Shown: one piece after another, positions 31,741 through 44,477 of the stretch
How positions within the stretch are numbered: position 1 is the first letter of the stretch
Layout of the letters: each line of letters begins with the position of its first letter
DNA from: Tetramitus jugosus
Taxonomy: Eukaryota > Protista > Heterolobosea
Length of the DNA stretch: 64,000 bases
Direction: 5' to 3'
Assembly: GCA_937625935.1 (NCBI GenBank)
Contig: OW569380.1
Location: forward strand, 372,001-436,000
Program-made: the position numbers and the translations under genes
The notes under the pieces: model-generated
The model's input: the letters and a program-made list of their open reading frames with translations, nothing else
Told to the model about the DNA's origin: nothing
Database searches by the model: none

Positions 31741-34700
31741 ATGAACCTGAATCCAACCACATCACCCATCAGCATCTTCTCTAATGTTAGACAAAAGGCA
31801 TTGAGACCTTCCAAAAATCCAAACAGCAATTGGGCCACCATGGCCATCGTTTTAGACGCCATTACCGAAGTTCTTCAACAACAATCACAACACAACAATG
31901 TTTTGGCCTATTTTGGAGCATTTTTATCCGCATTGGAAAAGGAGACGAAAGCTGCTCACATTGCCGCTACTCTTCAACTCATTTTCATTGTGAGTCCTCA
32001 TGTGCCTGTTGCTGCCTTCCGAATGAAGTTTGATTTTATTGCACAATTGTACGTGAGATTGTTAACTCAACATGAACGGTCCGAAATGATTGTGAAGCAG
32101 GTGCGTTTTTTTTTGCTTTTACGGTTTTCGCGACATTGCAATTTTTTTGCTGACACGAATGTGTTTTTGGTTTTTATTGTTGTTATATGTTTTAGCTCTT
32201 GACTTGTGTGACGTGGTTGCTCCAATCCCAAGAGAATGAAATGTGGGCTTCCAATGAACTATTGAGATCTCTCTTTCAAAAATTACTCTTGTTCTCCACT
32301 GATTCCAAATCAAGTGTTCGTTCCAAGACAAAGGAATGCCTAGAACAGCTGTTGAATGTGAAAATGACAGCTACTAAACCAGCCATGTTCAAACTAGTGA
32401 ACACCAGTATGATTCAACTGACCATGAGTGTCGTTGAGACCTGTACGACAAAAGAAGCTCAAAAAATGATTGATTTGTTGATTTTGTTGCAAGATGTTTT
32501 GAAGCTTTTGAGCAGTGCTGTAAGTATTGTTGTTAACTGTTGCATAGCTTGCAATTGGTTGTCGTTTTTGTGTTTCTGAAGCTAACACCAATATTTTTTT
32601 CTAAAACGCTGCTTAATTCAAATAGTCCATCTTGTCCATTTCAAGACAATTGCTCAAATTATTACCCATGAAAAATCCTCAACTCTGCACTCTGACCAAC
32701 CAAGTCTTCAACAGCTTGTTCTCATCCAGTTCTCAACTATCCATCTCCTCAGAATCATTGTCTCAATTGTTGCAAGTGTTGCAGAATCAACAAATGACAT
32801 CCGATGTATCCTCCAGTCTCCAATTCATTAAAATGCTAAAGTCTGGTTTTATTGCATTGCAAAAGTTGGATGACATTGAATGCAGCAACCAATTGAACAC
32901 TGTTGTTCAAACTTTGCTCTCATTCTTCCAATTGGATCAACATGAGTTGGCTGCTACCACAAGTGATGCACTAAAGAGCTTGATTCAATACTGTATCAGT
33001 GATGCAATGATTAGCGAAGCAGATTCAGTCAATAATCCAAGTGCACCTCTCCTCTCCATGATTCAATCCATCTCCAACGCAATCAACTACAAGAATAGAA
33101 ACAATTTGGATTCCGTGTTGGCAGTGCAAGAACAATTGTTCAAGAGACTTGGAAGAGCTTCTTATCCACTGTTGAATTCCTTGTTGATTTCGATTGAACA
33201 GTTGAATGAGTCGCCTGATTTCCATTTGCACTCTTCTTTGGAAAAGTGCATTGTGGCTGCTGTTTCCGCCATGGGCCCTCGTAAGGTCTTGGAATTGTTG
33301 CCATTGAATCTCTCTGGAAATGGAAGAGCTAGAACTTATTTATTCCCAATTTTGAAGAGAGGTATTCGAAACACGGATTTGGCCTATTTTGCACAATATT
33401 TTGCTCCTTTGGCCACTCAATTCTTGAACCGATCGAACGCTGCTGCTCAGAACGATGAAAAAGCTACAGCAAAGAACTACAAGAATTTCTATGATCAGAC
33501 ATATGCTTTGTTGCCAGGTTTCGTTTCCTACTGCCCTGACTTTGGGACTGTTTTCCCAAAGATTGCCAAGCATTTGGGTATCATTCTATCACAGGACAAA
33601 GATTTGCAATCAACTATTTGTTTGACTCTATTGAAAGCCATTGGAACCTGTCAAGAAGTGATCGAACAAAATGGACAAGTACCAGAGAATGTTGTCTTCA
33701 GTGTTGATCAAGCACACACCAATATTGCCGTTGTGGCTAAGTTTGCAAGAAACTACTTGCCAATTTTGTTTACTGTATATGGTGAATCCAATGAACAATT
33801 GAGATCCATCATTTCGGAAACAATTGCATCTATTTGCAGCGTGTCTACGAGCGAGATTGTTGACGAGTACTTTAAACAAGTGTTGAAGAAGTTGTTGGAG
33901 GCTGCAACTGAGTTGAACAAGCCAGATTTGGAACCAGCGGTCACTCGTGAAGTATCTCACAAGAGAGATATCATGGTTGACTTGGCTTTGGCAATGGCTC
34001 CATGTCTATCGAGTCAAACTACCAACCTCTTGTATCAAGTTTTCCAACCGCAACTAAGAGCATTGAATCACTCTGCTCAAAAGAAGGCTTACAAGGCAAT
34101 TAACACAATCTGCAAGAAACAAAGAGGATTTGTCCTCATGCATCTCGATAGCTTGATCACCACATTCGATGAGTGTTTGCCAGTTTGTGATGATGCCAGT
34201 AAGAATTATCGTGTCAAATGCTTGATGACATTTGTTGAGTTGATGAACACGAGCGATGTTGAAAAACATTTGCCTCAATTCTTTGCTGAAGCCATCATGA
34301 ACGTCAGAGGAAAGAATAAGAAGACCAAGGATTCTTCCTTCCTGTTCATCAGAGGCTTGGTTAGAAAGTGTGCTTTTGAAAATGTGTCCTTTGAAAATAT
34401 TGCAAGAGAACAATTACCAGCATTCTTGAATTCAGCTCAACAACAACGAGTCAACACATTCTTCCAGAAATTGTTGGGAGGTCTTGCTGCTTCATCCGAT
34501 ACTATGATTGGTGGAACTATTATGGTTCTCTCAAGCTTGTTGGTTGAATACTCTGGCTATCTAGAGACCATTCTTCCAGATATCTTGCAATCTGTTTTCA
34601 TCCTGATGCAATATGACAGCAATGATGTGATTTTAGGTGTTGTGAGCTTTGTCAAGACTTGTCTCGCTATTATCGATGACGAGTCCTTGAAGTTGATGCT

Positions 34701-35619
34701 CCCTCAATTGTTGCCAATTCTAGTTGAACAATCTAGCAAGAAGGGAGCTGGTGTCATCAGACCAAGAGTCACCTATCTACTTCAAAAGATGATTGATCGA
34801 TTTGGATTCGACTTCTGTAAGGATCACTTCCCACAGGACAAGCTCTCATTTATTAAGAACATCTGGAAGGGCATGAAGAGAGAAGCAAAGAAGGACCAAA
34901 ATGTTCCAAAGAAGAAGCTGACAATTGCTGAAAACGATGCCATGATTAGACAAGATGTTGATGAGCCATTGGACTTGCTCGATCCATCCATGATGGATAA
35001 AATCACTACCAAGAAGAGCTTGGACAGAAAGAACAACACCAACATGGAAGACGATATTGAAATCAAGACCAATAAGCAAGGAAAGTTCGTTATTAACGAA
35101 TCTGATTCCGAAAGTGACGAAGTCAACGAACTCGAAGAGAAGAAGAAGGCCAAGCTCGATAAGAAGAAGGATAAGAGGAAGAAGAAGAGAGCACGTGAAG
35201 ATGTCGAAGTCGAACAAGCCATCGATGACTTTGAGTTTGATGGTGAAGAGATTGGAGAGGACAGAGATGACAGAGACTCAAAGGTCTCCCACAAGCGGAC
35301 AAGAGTTTCGATGGAAGACGACGATCAAAGCAAGTTGGACGAGGGAAGACTTGCTGCTCTCAAATATCTGGAAAGGAAACAAGAAGAACGAAAGAGAAAG
35401 AAGGCTGAAATCCAAGTCAACTATGGTGAGGAATACCGCTCATCCAGGAGAGCTGGTGGTGATGTCAAGCGGTCTGGCAAGGCAGATCCTTATGCTTACA
35501 TCCCATTGGATCCAAAGAGATTGAACAGACGTTTCATGAACAAGGCATCCTCCTTCCAAACATTCGACCAAAATGTCAAGCAAAACAAAAAGTTGCAAAA
35601 GAGAAAAATGAAGAAATAA
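31741..35619 (+). CDS. RRP12: RRP12-like ribosome biogenesis HEAT-repeat protein; exons 31741-32100, 32196-32519, 32626-35619
   Basis: NUC173 region (AMGPRKVLELLPLNL..RTYLFPIL), QKKAYK, EPLDLLD and C-terminal AGGDVKRSGKADPYAYIPL. Two in-frame GT-AG introns. Confidence 0.93.
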
Positions 35620-35977
35620 ACTTGACAGGAGCTTTCATCCTTCCTTCTCGTTCGTCCTTTATCGAAACACCGATCGTCGGAGTCGGAAATTGTAATTTCG
35701 TTGTAAAACAGTTCTTTTCTTAGCTTCCATGTCGAAAAAAGCATTTGGCGACCAAAACAAAGAACTTACCACGTCACAAAAACGGGTCAATAGCAATAAG
35801 GTGCACACGCGTTCTTTTTCCTTTTTGCCAACAAAACATTTGCTGATTGTCCACTACACTCTAGTCCGAACGAAATAGACCACTTGTCGAAGATCGAGCG
35901 CATCCATAGACTTGTTTTTTTGTAAGAAGCAGCAAAGAAAAAAAAGAAAAACTTGAAATCATCATCCATTGATCACC

Positions 35978-38900
35978 ATGAGTAATCAGTACAATTTTTT
36001 CACTCCCCAACAACCTCAACAGCAGCAAGGTTTCTATCCACCTAATGTTGCTCAACAGTCTCAACAACAACAACAACAACCACCACAAATGATGATGAAT
36101 CAACAACAACCACAACAACAACAAACAGGAGGAGCATTCTATCATCCTTCTCAACAACAACAACAACAACCATATGTTCATCAACAACAACAGCAGCAGC
36201 AACCACCACCACAGCAAATGATGCAACAACAACAACCGATTGGTCCTCCACCAACATCCAGTGCATTCATGGGATCATCTACCACTACCTCACCACCACT
36301 TTCATCATCAACTGGTGTTTCACCTTCTGCTTCACCATATCAACCAGTTGCATCTTCCTATGCTGCACCACCACCATCATCCACTCAACCACCATCCACC
36401 ATGAATTATTATCAACAACAACCACCTACTTCATCCTATGGTGCATCATCCTATGGTTACCCACAACAACAACAACAACCACTAACTGATTTTGAAGGTG
36501 GATTCACTCAACAACAACCAGCATCATCATCATATGGTTATCCACAACAACAACGGCAACAGCAACAGCAACAACAACAACAACCTTATCAACAAATGAT
36601 GATGGGTGGTGCTGCTGTTGCTACAGGTTCAATGGATGGCGTGACTTCTCAAATGTCTCAAATGTCAATCGGCAACAATCGACCTCTCCAAAACACCAAT
36701 GTCACCACAGGTAACATTGATTCATTGCCACGTCCCACACATGTCAGTCAATTGTTGCCCCATGTGGATCCAACTAGACAATCCCTGAGAAAGCAACCTG
36801 ATGTCAATGGATTGTTTGCTCGTCAAGCCAGGAGTCAAATGTTGGCTGATCCAAGTGCCACACCTCACAATTTCAACATTGCTCAATCATCGACTACATT
36901 TGTGCGTGCCAGTGTACAATGTATACCCTCTACTCCGTCATTGGCTCAAAAATGGCACTTACCATTGGGTGCGGTGCTTCATCCGTTTGCAGAACAGGAA
37001 AAGGTACCATTGATCTCAATGGGTGCTGCTGGTATTGTTCGATGTGCAAAGTGCAGAACGTACATTAACCCATTTGTCATGTTTGTCGAATATGGAAAAA
37101 AATGGCAGTGTAATATGTGTAAAACAGTGAATGATGTGCCCAATGGTTACTATTGTCCATTGGATGACAATGGTGTGAGAAAGGACTATTTCAGAAGACC
37201 AGAATTGTTGCACGGCTCTGTAGAGTTTATTGCGCCACAAGAGTACATGGCACGTGTTCCTCAACCACCTGCCTATCTCTTCTTGTTGGACTCATCGTAC
37301 AATGCCATTCAGAATGGCAGTTTCCGCAATGCTGCGCGCGCCATTCTCAGCGTAATTGATCAGTTCCCTGCGAGAACTCAGATTGGTTTCATTACATTTG
37401 ATTCCAGTGTCCACTTTTACAATTTGAAGAGTTCTTTGACTGTGCCCCAGATGCTCGTGGTCGGTGAATTGGAAGAGAGTTTGTTGCCATTGCCTTCTGA
37501 TTTGTTGGTCAATCTACAGGAGAGCAAGACTGTTGTTACGGCATTGTTGGAGAGATTCTCTGCTGCTGAAGGCATGTTCCACAATACGACCAATGTGGAG
37601 AGTGCATTGGGCGCTGCATTGAATGCCGCTGGTAGAATCTTGGGAAGAATCGGTGGTAAATTGAGCATCTTTTTGTCCAATTTGCCCACTCTAGGTCCAA
37701 ACTCTCTCACCAACAGAGAGGACAAGACTGTTTATGGAACAGAGGCAGAGACTGCCTTGTTGAATCCTGTAGACAACCGATTCAAGGAGTTTGCTCTCTT
37801 GTACTGCAGAGATCAAATCTCTGTGGATATTTATGCCATGTCCGAACAACAATCCACCTCGCAATACCTCGATCTTGCATCATTGAGTGGCCTGTGCAAG
37901 TTCACTGGTGGTGTCTGTGAATACTATTCGACCGATGCAACAGAAAAATTGTTCCAAGATGTCGTACGTTCCTTGACCAGAGAAACTGGCTTTGAAGCTG
38001 TGATGAGAGTGCGAGCCAGCAGCGGCCTCAAGATTTCAAACTTTTATGGAAATTTGTTCATTCGTGGCCACGATTTGCTCGCTCTTCCAAACATTGATGC
38101 AGACAAGGCATTTGGTGTCGAATTTGAACACACTGGCTCCTTTGTCAGCACACCTAACGCTTGTCTTCAAGTAGCTGTCCTATACACTTCATCCAGTGGT
38201 CAAAGAAGAATCAGAGTTCACAATCTGGTGTTGCCAATCACTGGCGAGTTGTCCGACATGTACAAGGATGCCGACATTGATGCCACTATGAATCTGTTGG
38301 CAAAGGTTGCTGTAGACAATATTCCAAGAAAGGGATTGACCTGGGTGAAGAATGATGTGCGTGATCGTGTTGTTCGATCACTTTCCACGTACAGACAAGT
38401 TGTCAAACAAGGTGGAGGCTTCAGTCAGCTCGTCTTGCCAGACTCTCTTCGTCTATTGCCTCTCTATGCATGTGCATTGACAAAGCAAGATGCACTCATG
38501 GGAGGACAAGAGATTCGTGCAGATGAAAGAATCTATGCATTCAGTTGCTTAACGACTGGTAACGTATGGCAAACAAACTTGATGATTCATCCTCTGGCAT
38601 TTGCGATCAATGAGATTCCTGATCCTCAAGACGAGTCTGAGGAGATTGATTTGGATCTGAATCGTATGCAACTTCATCCACTGTCCCGCAAGCTTGTCAA
38701 CACGGAAACAGCTATCATTCTACTCACTGATGGTATTGTGATGTACTTGTGGTTAGCAAAGCAACCTTGGGAAGACAATAACTTGAAATCCGACGTTTCA
38801 TCTCTCGTTGCGTCATTGAATTCCCCTCCAAGCGAAGATGAAGAGTATCAACCAACGACATCGACTGCAAAGAAGGTGAACTCACTGGTGCATAGCATCA

Positions 38901-39058
38901 GAAGGGAGGTTGGTCGTTGCTTGCCTGTCAGATTTGTGAATGAGCAAGCCGGACTATGGCAACGAGTTTTTGTGAGAAAGTTGATCGAAGATAAGACTAT
39001 CCAGACAACAATGAGTTATGATGAGTTCCTTGTTCATATTCACAATAGTATGAAGTAA
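35978..39058 (+). CDS. SEC24: COPII coat protein Sec24
   Basis: Q/P-rich N-terminus; zinc finger RCAKCRTYINPF..WQCNMC; RPEL..GSVEF; trunk domain; TGFEAVMRVRAS; GQRRIRVH; SYDEFL. Confidence 0.96.
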   Translation: MSNQYNFFTPQQPQQQQGFYPPNVAQQSQQQQQQPPQMMMNQQQPQQQQTGGAFYHPSQQQQQQPYVHQQQQQQQPPPQQMMQQQQPIGPPPTSSAFMGSSTTTSPPLSSSTGVSPSASPYQPVASSYAAPPPSSTQPPSTMNYYQQQPPTSSYGASSYGYPQQQQQPLTDFEGGFTQQQPASSSYGYPQQQRQQQQQQQQQPYQQMMMGGAAVATGSMDGVTSQMSQMSIGNNRPLQNTNVTTGNIDSLPRPTHVSQLLPHVDPTRQSLRKQPDVNGLFARQARSQMLADPSATPHNFNIAQSSTTFVRASVQCIPSTPSLAQKWHLPLGAVLHPFAEQEKVPLISMGAAGIVRCAKCRTYINPFVMFVEYGKKWQCNMCKTVNDVPNGYYCPLDDNGVRKDYFRRPELLHGSVEFIAPQEYMARVPQPPAYLFLLDSSYNAIQNGSFRNAARAILSVIDQFPARTQIGFITFDSSVHFYNLKSSLTVPQMLVVGELEESLLPLPSDLLVNLQESKTVVTALLERFSAAEGMFHNTTNVESALGAALNAAGRILGRIGGKLSIFLSNLPTLGPNSLTNREDKTVYGTEAETALLNPVDNRFKEFALLYCRDQISVDIYAMSEQQSTSQYLDLASLSGLCKFTGGVCEYYSTDATEKLFQDVVRSLTRETGFEAVMRVRASSGLKISNFYGNLFIRGHDLLALPNIDADKAFGVEFEHTGSFVSTPNACLQVAVLYTSSSGQRRIRVHNLVLPITGELSDMYKDADIDATMNLLAKVAVDNIPRKGLTWVKNDVRDRVVRSLSTYRQVVKQGGGFSQLVLPDSLRLLPLYACALTKQDALMGGQEIRADERIYAFSCLTTGNVWQTNLMIHPLAFAINEIPDPQDESEEIDLDLNRMQLHPLSRKLVNTETAIILLTDGIVMYLWLAKQPWEDNNLKSDVSSLVASLNSPPSEDEEYQPTTSTAKKVNSLVHSIRREVGRCLPVRFVNEQAGLWQRVFVRKLIEDKTIQTTMSYDEFLVHIHNSMK

Positions 39059-39085
39059 ATCCAAATGTTATTATTAATTATACAA

Positions 39086-41976
39086 TTAATTGTATTCGTT
39101 TATTTGAGCAGAGGGCCGGTGGTACTGTCTTGCCTTACTGGGCGAAAACTTAGAGAGTAACTTTTTCAATTTGCGTCGCTTGTTGTCATCCAGAACGTCA
39201 GCCTCGCTCTGTGACTGCTGGCTCAAATCGTCCATCAGAGTATGGGTGTGCTTCAGTATGTTCTTTGTGGAGGCTACCCAGTTCAGCAACATTCCTATCC
39301 TGTCGTTGACTGTCTGTTCTTCGGATATTTCTATTATTCGATTGTCTCCAGTACCTTGAGCGGAAGACGTGTCCAAGAAAGACAAAATGAGTCGATTGGC
39401 TGCTGGAGGTTTGTTAGTTCGCTTTTGTTCATCCTTGAAGGGACTGTAAGCTGTGTTGTTATGTGGAGTTTCTTCTGTTTGCACTGCTTTTGCCCCCAAG
39501 TTTGGAGTGACATTTCCTCGTTCGTTGTTCCTTTGATTTTTCATCTGAGCTACGATCCACTCAACATTTTGATTTACTTTTTGGAGTAATTCAGCATTGT
39601 GGAGCATTGCTTCTTGTCTCTTTGTTTCCTTCTTCATGTGCTCATTTTGATTAATTAGAAACTCAATCTGAGCTTTTTGTTCTTTGACTTGGTTCTTGAG
39701 TCTATTGGTAAGCATGGAGTCTTGACGTTGTTGTGAAAGATGAGATATTTCATGTTTCAGCTGATCATAGAGTTCACTCGAAGCGTTGGAAACATTCGAG
39801 TAGTTCAAGCTGTACTCGGTCGTTTGTTCCAGTCGTGATTGTTGGGCTAGTGACAATGCCAGTTCTTGTTCTCGTTGTAATTTGATATTTACACTTTTCA
39901 ACTGCTCAATCTGACTTCGCAAGTCTTGTTCTTTCTGGGAAAAGATATCTTGGAGTTGTTGGATGTTTTGCTTATAGAGGGATCGCTCCGAATGAAGTTT
40001 CTCATTAACGGAAGCTGTTTGACTTTCATACAATTGTTGAGACTCTTCCAACTTCTGTTTTAAGCTTAGAAAACCATCCCTTTCTGTTTCTAATGAAACC
40101 AGCCTTGATTGTAATTCTGTCATCTTTCTTTCAGAATTCTCAATCTGTCTTCTATGAGTAATCACTAATTCCACTGAATCATCTATTTGAAACAACATTT
40201 GTTGAGGACAAGGGTCTACTGAATTGTTCTTCATTCTCGAAACAGTGTCGATTAACTTTTTCTTCCATTGATACTCAGTCTCTGATTCTTCGTTCAGTAT
40301 TTCCTGATACTTTACAAGTTGCTGTTCGGCTTGGTGTATTCGATTCTGGAGGATTGATCTTTTAACCGCAAGGTCCTCTTCTTCATTCCTCGAAAGCGAT
40401 TTCATTGTTGATAGTTGATGATTAAGTTCCGCTATTTGATTTGCTAGATTCTGTTTCAAACTCTCTTCATGCATTAACTCAGCACGACACTGCTCTAATC
40501 GATTTCTTAGGGATTCTTGATCTTTTTCCACAGATAATTTAGTAGATTCCAGCTGTATTTTTAGTTGTGTGGTTTGATTGATGACTAATCTCTTTGCAGC
40601 TTCTTCATTCATTAATTCTGTTTTACAACGATCTATCCGCGTTTTCAATTCTACCTCTTCTGTTACAAGCTTTTCAATATGCGTTTGGATGCTCATAAGA
40701 TCAGCTTCTCGAGAGCTGCGTTCCTCTTCTTCAATCCTCCTATTCTCTAACATTTCTTGCAGATGCAACTCTAGGTCTTCCTTATCCTCAGTTAGTTTCT
40801 TGACTTCACCGATAACTTCTAACAATCTTTGTTGATGCTTTTCTCTTTCTTCTGCGTTCTGCTGATTTAATGCTTGAATTTCTCTCTCTGTAATGTCGTT
40901 GATGGCTTTCGGAACGATGAGTCTATCAATTTCAATCCGATACTCTTCTAATTTTTGTTCGTACTCAATCTTGTTTTTTTCAAGCAATCTAAGTTCGTTC
41001 TTTAGATCTTCTGTTCTTAACTTCACATCCGGTTGCTCGACACCAAAACCCATTTTCATATTTTCGAGTTCCAGTTTGGTGTTGTTCAGTTCCTCTAGCA
41101 ATTGAAATCGGGCGGCAGCAGTCATATCAAGCTAAAGAACTGTTAATCTAAGGATAGTGTACGTAACATAAAACATGGGAAACATACCAGATGACTCTTT
41201 GTGCCTAGTTCTTGCCTAGCTTGCTTGAGTTCAGCAACGATCGACTCGTTCTTTCTGATGGTTTGTTCCAATTGAGTTTTATGTGATTCTAATTCCTCTT
41301 TCAATTTGGTGTTCGTACTCGAGAGGGAATCAATTTTATCATCTCTTTCTTGTAGTTCCCTCCCGATAGAAATGTTCATAAACTTTGCTGATGCCGACTC
41401 CCTTCTCGTTTCATTAATTTCCAAATGATCCAACTCTTTCAAACTTGAAATCCAAAAGAGTGCATAGTTACTTGCTTGTTCATATTGGGTCATCGGATTT
41501 CCCTCAATGCACAATTGTTTCAGGTTATTGTTACCCGATAATCTTTGCAAATCATTGACCACCGACAAACTATTGTAGGATATGTCCAAACTCTCCAAAT
41601 ACTCCAATGATTCCCAAACATTCTTCTTTGGGAGTCTTTCTAAGCAATTATTTTTCAACGAAAGGGAAACAAGATTCTTTAGTTCCGATAATCCACTTAG
41701 GGAGTTGATCTTGTTATTGTCCGCGACCAAGGATCGTAACTTGGAGAGTTTTGATAAACCACGAATGTCCATAAATTCATTATTAGACAAATCCAAGCTT
41801 GTTAAGTTACAATAAATATCCAAGTTTTCAATCACTTGGAACTTCTCGTTTGTGAACTTTGTTGTCAAGTCGAGAACTGTAACATTCTTAGGATCTTCCT
41901 TCTCAGTGAGTTGTTGGAGGACCTCGACGGTCAAATACCTCTTTTTGGCTTGTGTTGATACCAGCAATGTGTTCAT
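39086..41976 (-). CDS. CNTRL: Centriolin-like LRR + coiled-coil protein; exons 41976-41188, 41131-39086
   Basis: RYLTVEVLQQLT..KFQVIENL followed by SDS22-type LRRs and an LRRcap (GNPMT..LKELD), then a long coiled coil. The 56-nt GTATGT..TAG intron keeps frame. Confidence 0.65.
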
Positions 41977-42057
41977 GAGAGCCTACCGTAGGTCCAATTG
42001 TGTTGTTCTTCCACTCGTAATTTCTGGAAGCGTTTACACCTCTAATTGGCGCTTGTT

Positions 42058-42066
42058 TTTGGCGCG
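42058..42066 (+). promoter_or_regulatory. E2F-type site TTTGGCGCG in the divergent promoter of the centriolin-like and CRAL-TRIO genes
   Basis: Canonical match; related TTGGCGC at 42046-42052 and TTGGCGAAA near 42114. Confidence 0.5.
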
Positions 42067-42180
42067 AAGGAAGAAAAATATCTTTTCCGACAGGTCGGGT
42101 GTCAAACAGCAAATTGGCGAAATAAGGTCCGCGCGAACCAGAAAGCCCATCAAAAAGAACTCAACCTCGGATATACTAAA

Positions 42181-43149
42181 ATGTCATCCACAACAGCAAC
42201 AGCAACAGCAGCCCATGACAATGACACATCCAAACCACCATTCTTGAACTGTGAGGGATGTCCTCTGTCTGAGGAAGAAGCAGCTGAAGAAGAAGTCTTT
42301 TCTTCACTCTCGTCATCGCAACAAGAAACGATGCGTTCTCTGTATGAACTACTACTGATGCCGTCGACATTGGAACCATCTTCCAACAATTCAAGAATCA
42401 CATTGAGTGACACTAGGAGAATAGAGCTCACAGATGATGAGAAGCAATTTTTTCTGAGTCAGGAGTGTCTTTATCGCTATTGTGTTGCGAGAGGCTGGGA
42501 TATTCAAAAAGCGTACACAATGCTCGTCGACAGCATTCTTTGGCGACGAGAATTGGAACCGGAGAAATTAACTGCGCGGGAAGTGAAAAACTACGATCGA
42601 GATGGAAAGCTATACATGCTAAAGGGACGAGATTTGTTGAATCAGCCTGTGGTGTTTGTCAAGTTGCATCTGGATCGTATGGAGAATGTGAGCATTAGTG
42701 AAAAGTTGAAGATTGTGGTGTATCATGCTGAATTGGCACGAAAACTATCCAAATCTCAATCGTTGTGTCTCATTGTTGACTTTCAACAGGTTCCCATTCT
42801 GAAAATTGATCGAGCTTTGTGCTCGGAGATTATAAAGACCATGAGCAGTCAATATCCAGAACTACTTGGATTTGCAATGGTGGTCAATGCACCTTCGCTG
42901 TTCTATATAATTTGGAAACTGGTGAGTTCACTGTTGGATGAGCGAACGAAAAGCAAAGTTTTTGTCGTCAATACTGATCGAGAAAAGATTTATGAGACAA
43001 TGAGAAAAATGATGCCTCATGAGAGTATTCCAGAAGAGTATGGCGGTTCGCTTGTTATGCCCGAATGGAACTGTGACGAGTATTTTGATTGGCTCGAAGA
43101 ATTGGAGGACAAGCACCTTCCGGATAGGCGGAAGTATAGGCCTTGTTGA
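42181..43149 (+). CDS. CRAL-TRIO/Sec14 lipid-transfer protein (PDR16-like)
   Basis: CLYRYCVARGWD..A..ML..SILWR; QYPELLG..VNAP..IWKLV..LDERTKSKV; IPEEYGG. Confidence 0.92.
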   Translation: MSSTTATATAAHDNDTSKPPFLNCEGCPLSEEEAAEEEVFSSLSSSQQETMRSLYELLLMPSTLEPSSNNSRITLSDTRRIELTDDEKQFFLSQECLYRYCVARGWDIQKAYTMLVDSILWRRELEPEKLTAREVKNYDRDGKLYMLKGRDLLNQPVVFVKLHLDRMENVSISEKLKIVVYHAELARKLSKSQSLCLIVDFQQVPILKIDRALCSEIIKTMSSQYPELLGFAMVVNAPSLFYIIWKLVSSLLDERTKSKVFVVNTDREKIYETMRKMMPHESIPEEYGGSLVMPEWNCDEYFDWLEELEDKHLPDRRKYRPC

Positions 43150-43249
43150 AGCTTCGTATCACCTGTCCACCCTTGTTTCAAACTGTAAATAGAAGTACCC
43201 TTGTGATATAAACAAAACCACAGTATTTAATGATCAAAAAAAAATTCAC

Positions 43250-44056
43250 TTATTGTTGTTGCGTGTGTGCTGTGGAAGCGAATACAAATCTGGTTGCCTC
43301 GTCTAACTTTCCCAAGCAATCGGCAATGGCTTTGTTATTACTGACACAAGCCTCGAACATCTCACCGTCGCTCATTTCTGCATTCTCGTACTGATTCATA
43401 CATTGCAGAACAGCAGTCGAACACAAATCTGCCGTTAAACATTTTGAATACTTTAATCGTTTGGCCACTTTCAATTTCTCATCTGTTTCGAGCCTGTATG
43501 ATGAATAATCTGCATGACAGGCACCATTTGGTGATACACTGGCATTTGCCTTGTCATAAATCACCGGGAACGAGTCCTGACTCATCTTTATATCATTGTT
43601 TGACTTCATCGCAACATCTACATATCTCTCATTCCATCCGAATCTAGAATGACCCATGCTTCCCACCTTTTTCACATATTGATCCACTGTGTCACTCAAC
43701 CTAGAAAGACAATTGAAAATGACTGCCGAACTCTTCGCACTGTCCATATCAACCGGTTGACCAGATTCCAAATTTTGAGCCAAATGATCAAACGAAGAAA
43801 GTGTAACAGGTGTCTCTTTGGCACTGTCCATGAGACATTTTTGGAATTGAGGCTCTACAATGTTCAAATGACACGAGAGTAACAAACCATTCATGTATTG
43901 AACGTTGGGATGTTCAATGTCGAGAGATTGATTCTCGTGGAGAGACATGAGCATCTTGGCGAACGTGTCACACTTGGGTGAGACAAAGTGAGTCTGTATG
44001 TAGTGCAACGACTCATCATCCAAGTTCAACTCGTGCTGCTGTTGTTTGGCTTGCAT
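43250..44056 (-). CDS. Hypothetical Cys-containing helical protein (268 aa)
   Basis: Long ORF; ATG MQAKQQ follows an A-rich leader. Confidence 0.65.
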   Translation of the reverse strand: MQAKQQQHELNLDDESLHYIQTHFVSPKCDTFAKMLMSLHENQSLDIEHPNVQYMNGLLLSCHLNIVEPQFQKCLMDSAKETPVTLSSFDHLAQNLESGQPVDMDSAKSSAVIFNCLSRLSDTVDQYVKKVGSMGHSRFGWNERYVDVAMKSNNDIKMSQDSFPVIYDKANASVSPNGACHADYSSYRLETDEKLKVAKRLKYSKCLTADLCSTAVLQCMNQYENAEMSDGEMFEACVSNNKAIADCLGKLDEATRFVFASTAHTQQQ

Positions 44057-44477
44057 TTTTTTTGATCTTCTTGTCGATTCCAGCAAAACAATGAACTGTT
44101 TATTAAAGTTTTCTCTTGAATTGGATTGAGAGTGAGAACAGTGTGAGATCTTATGACAACAGTCGTGTTGTTGTATCATCACACAACAAAGAAGCCAAAC
44201 ACCAGAAATAGTTGAAGAAGGAACTTTGGCACTCCAACGAAGTTAATTCGGAGAATTATCAATGTCAAATGCCAAAAGATTCATGTCTCCAAGAAGAATC
44301 AGCAGAACGGGTCACAAACAAATCCCACTTCCTCCGGTTCACTCAAACAACTCAACAACATCCAGCACTCGAAAACAAACACTCTCCGTACTCGACACCT
44401 CAACACATTTTTGAAAAATCTTTCGGATAAGCAACAACTAGACTAACAACCACATAATCACATAATAACATAATAAC

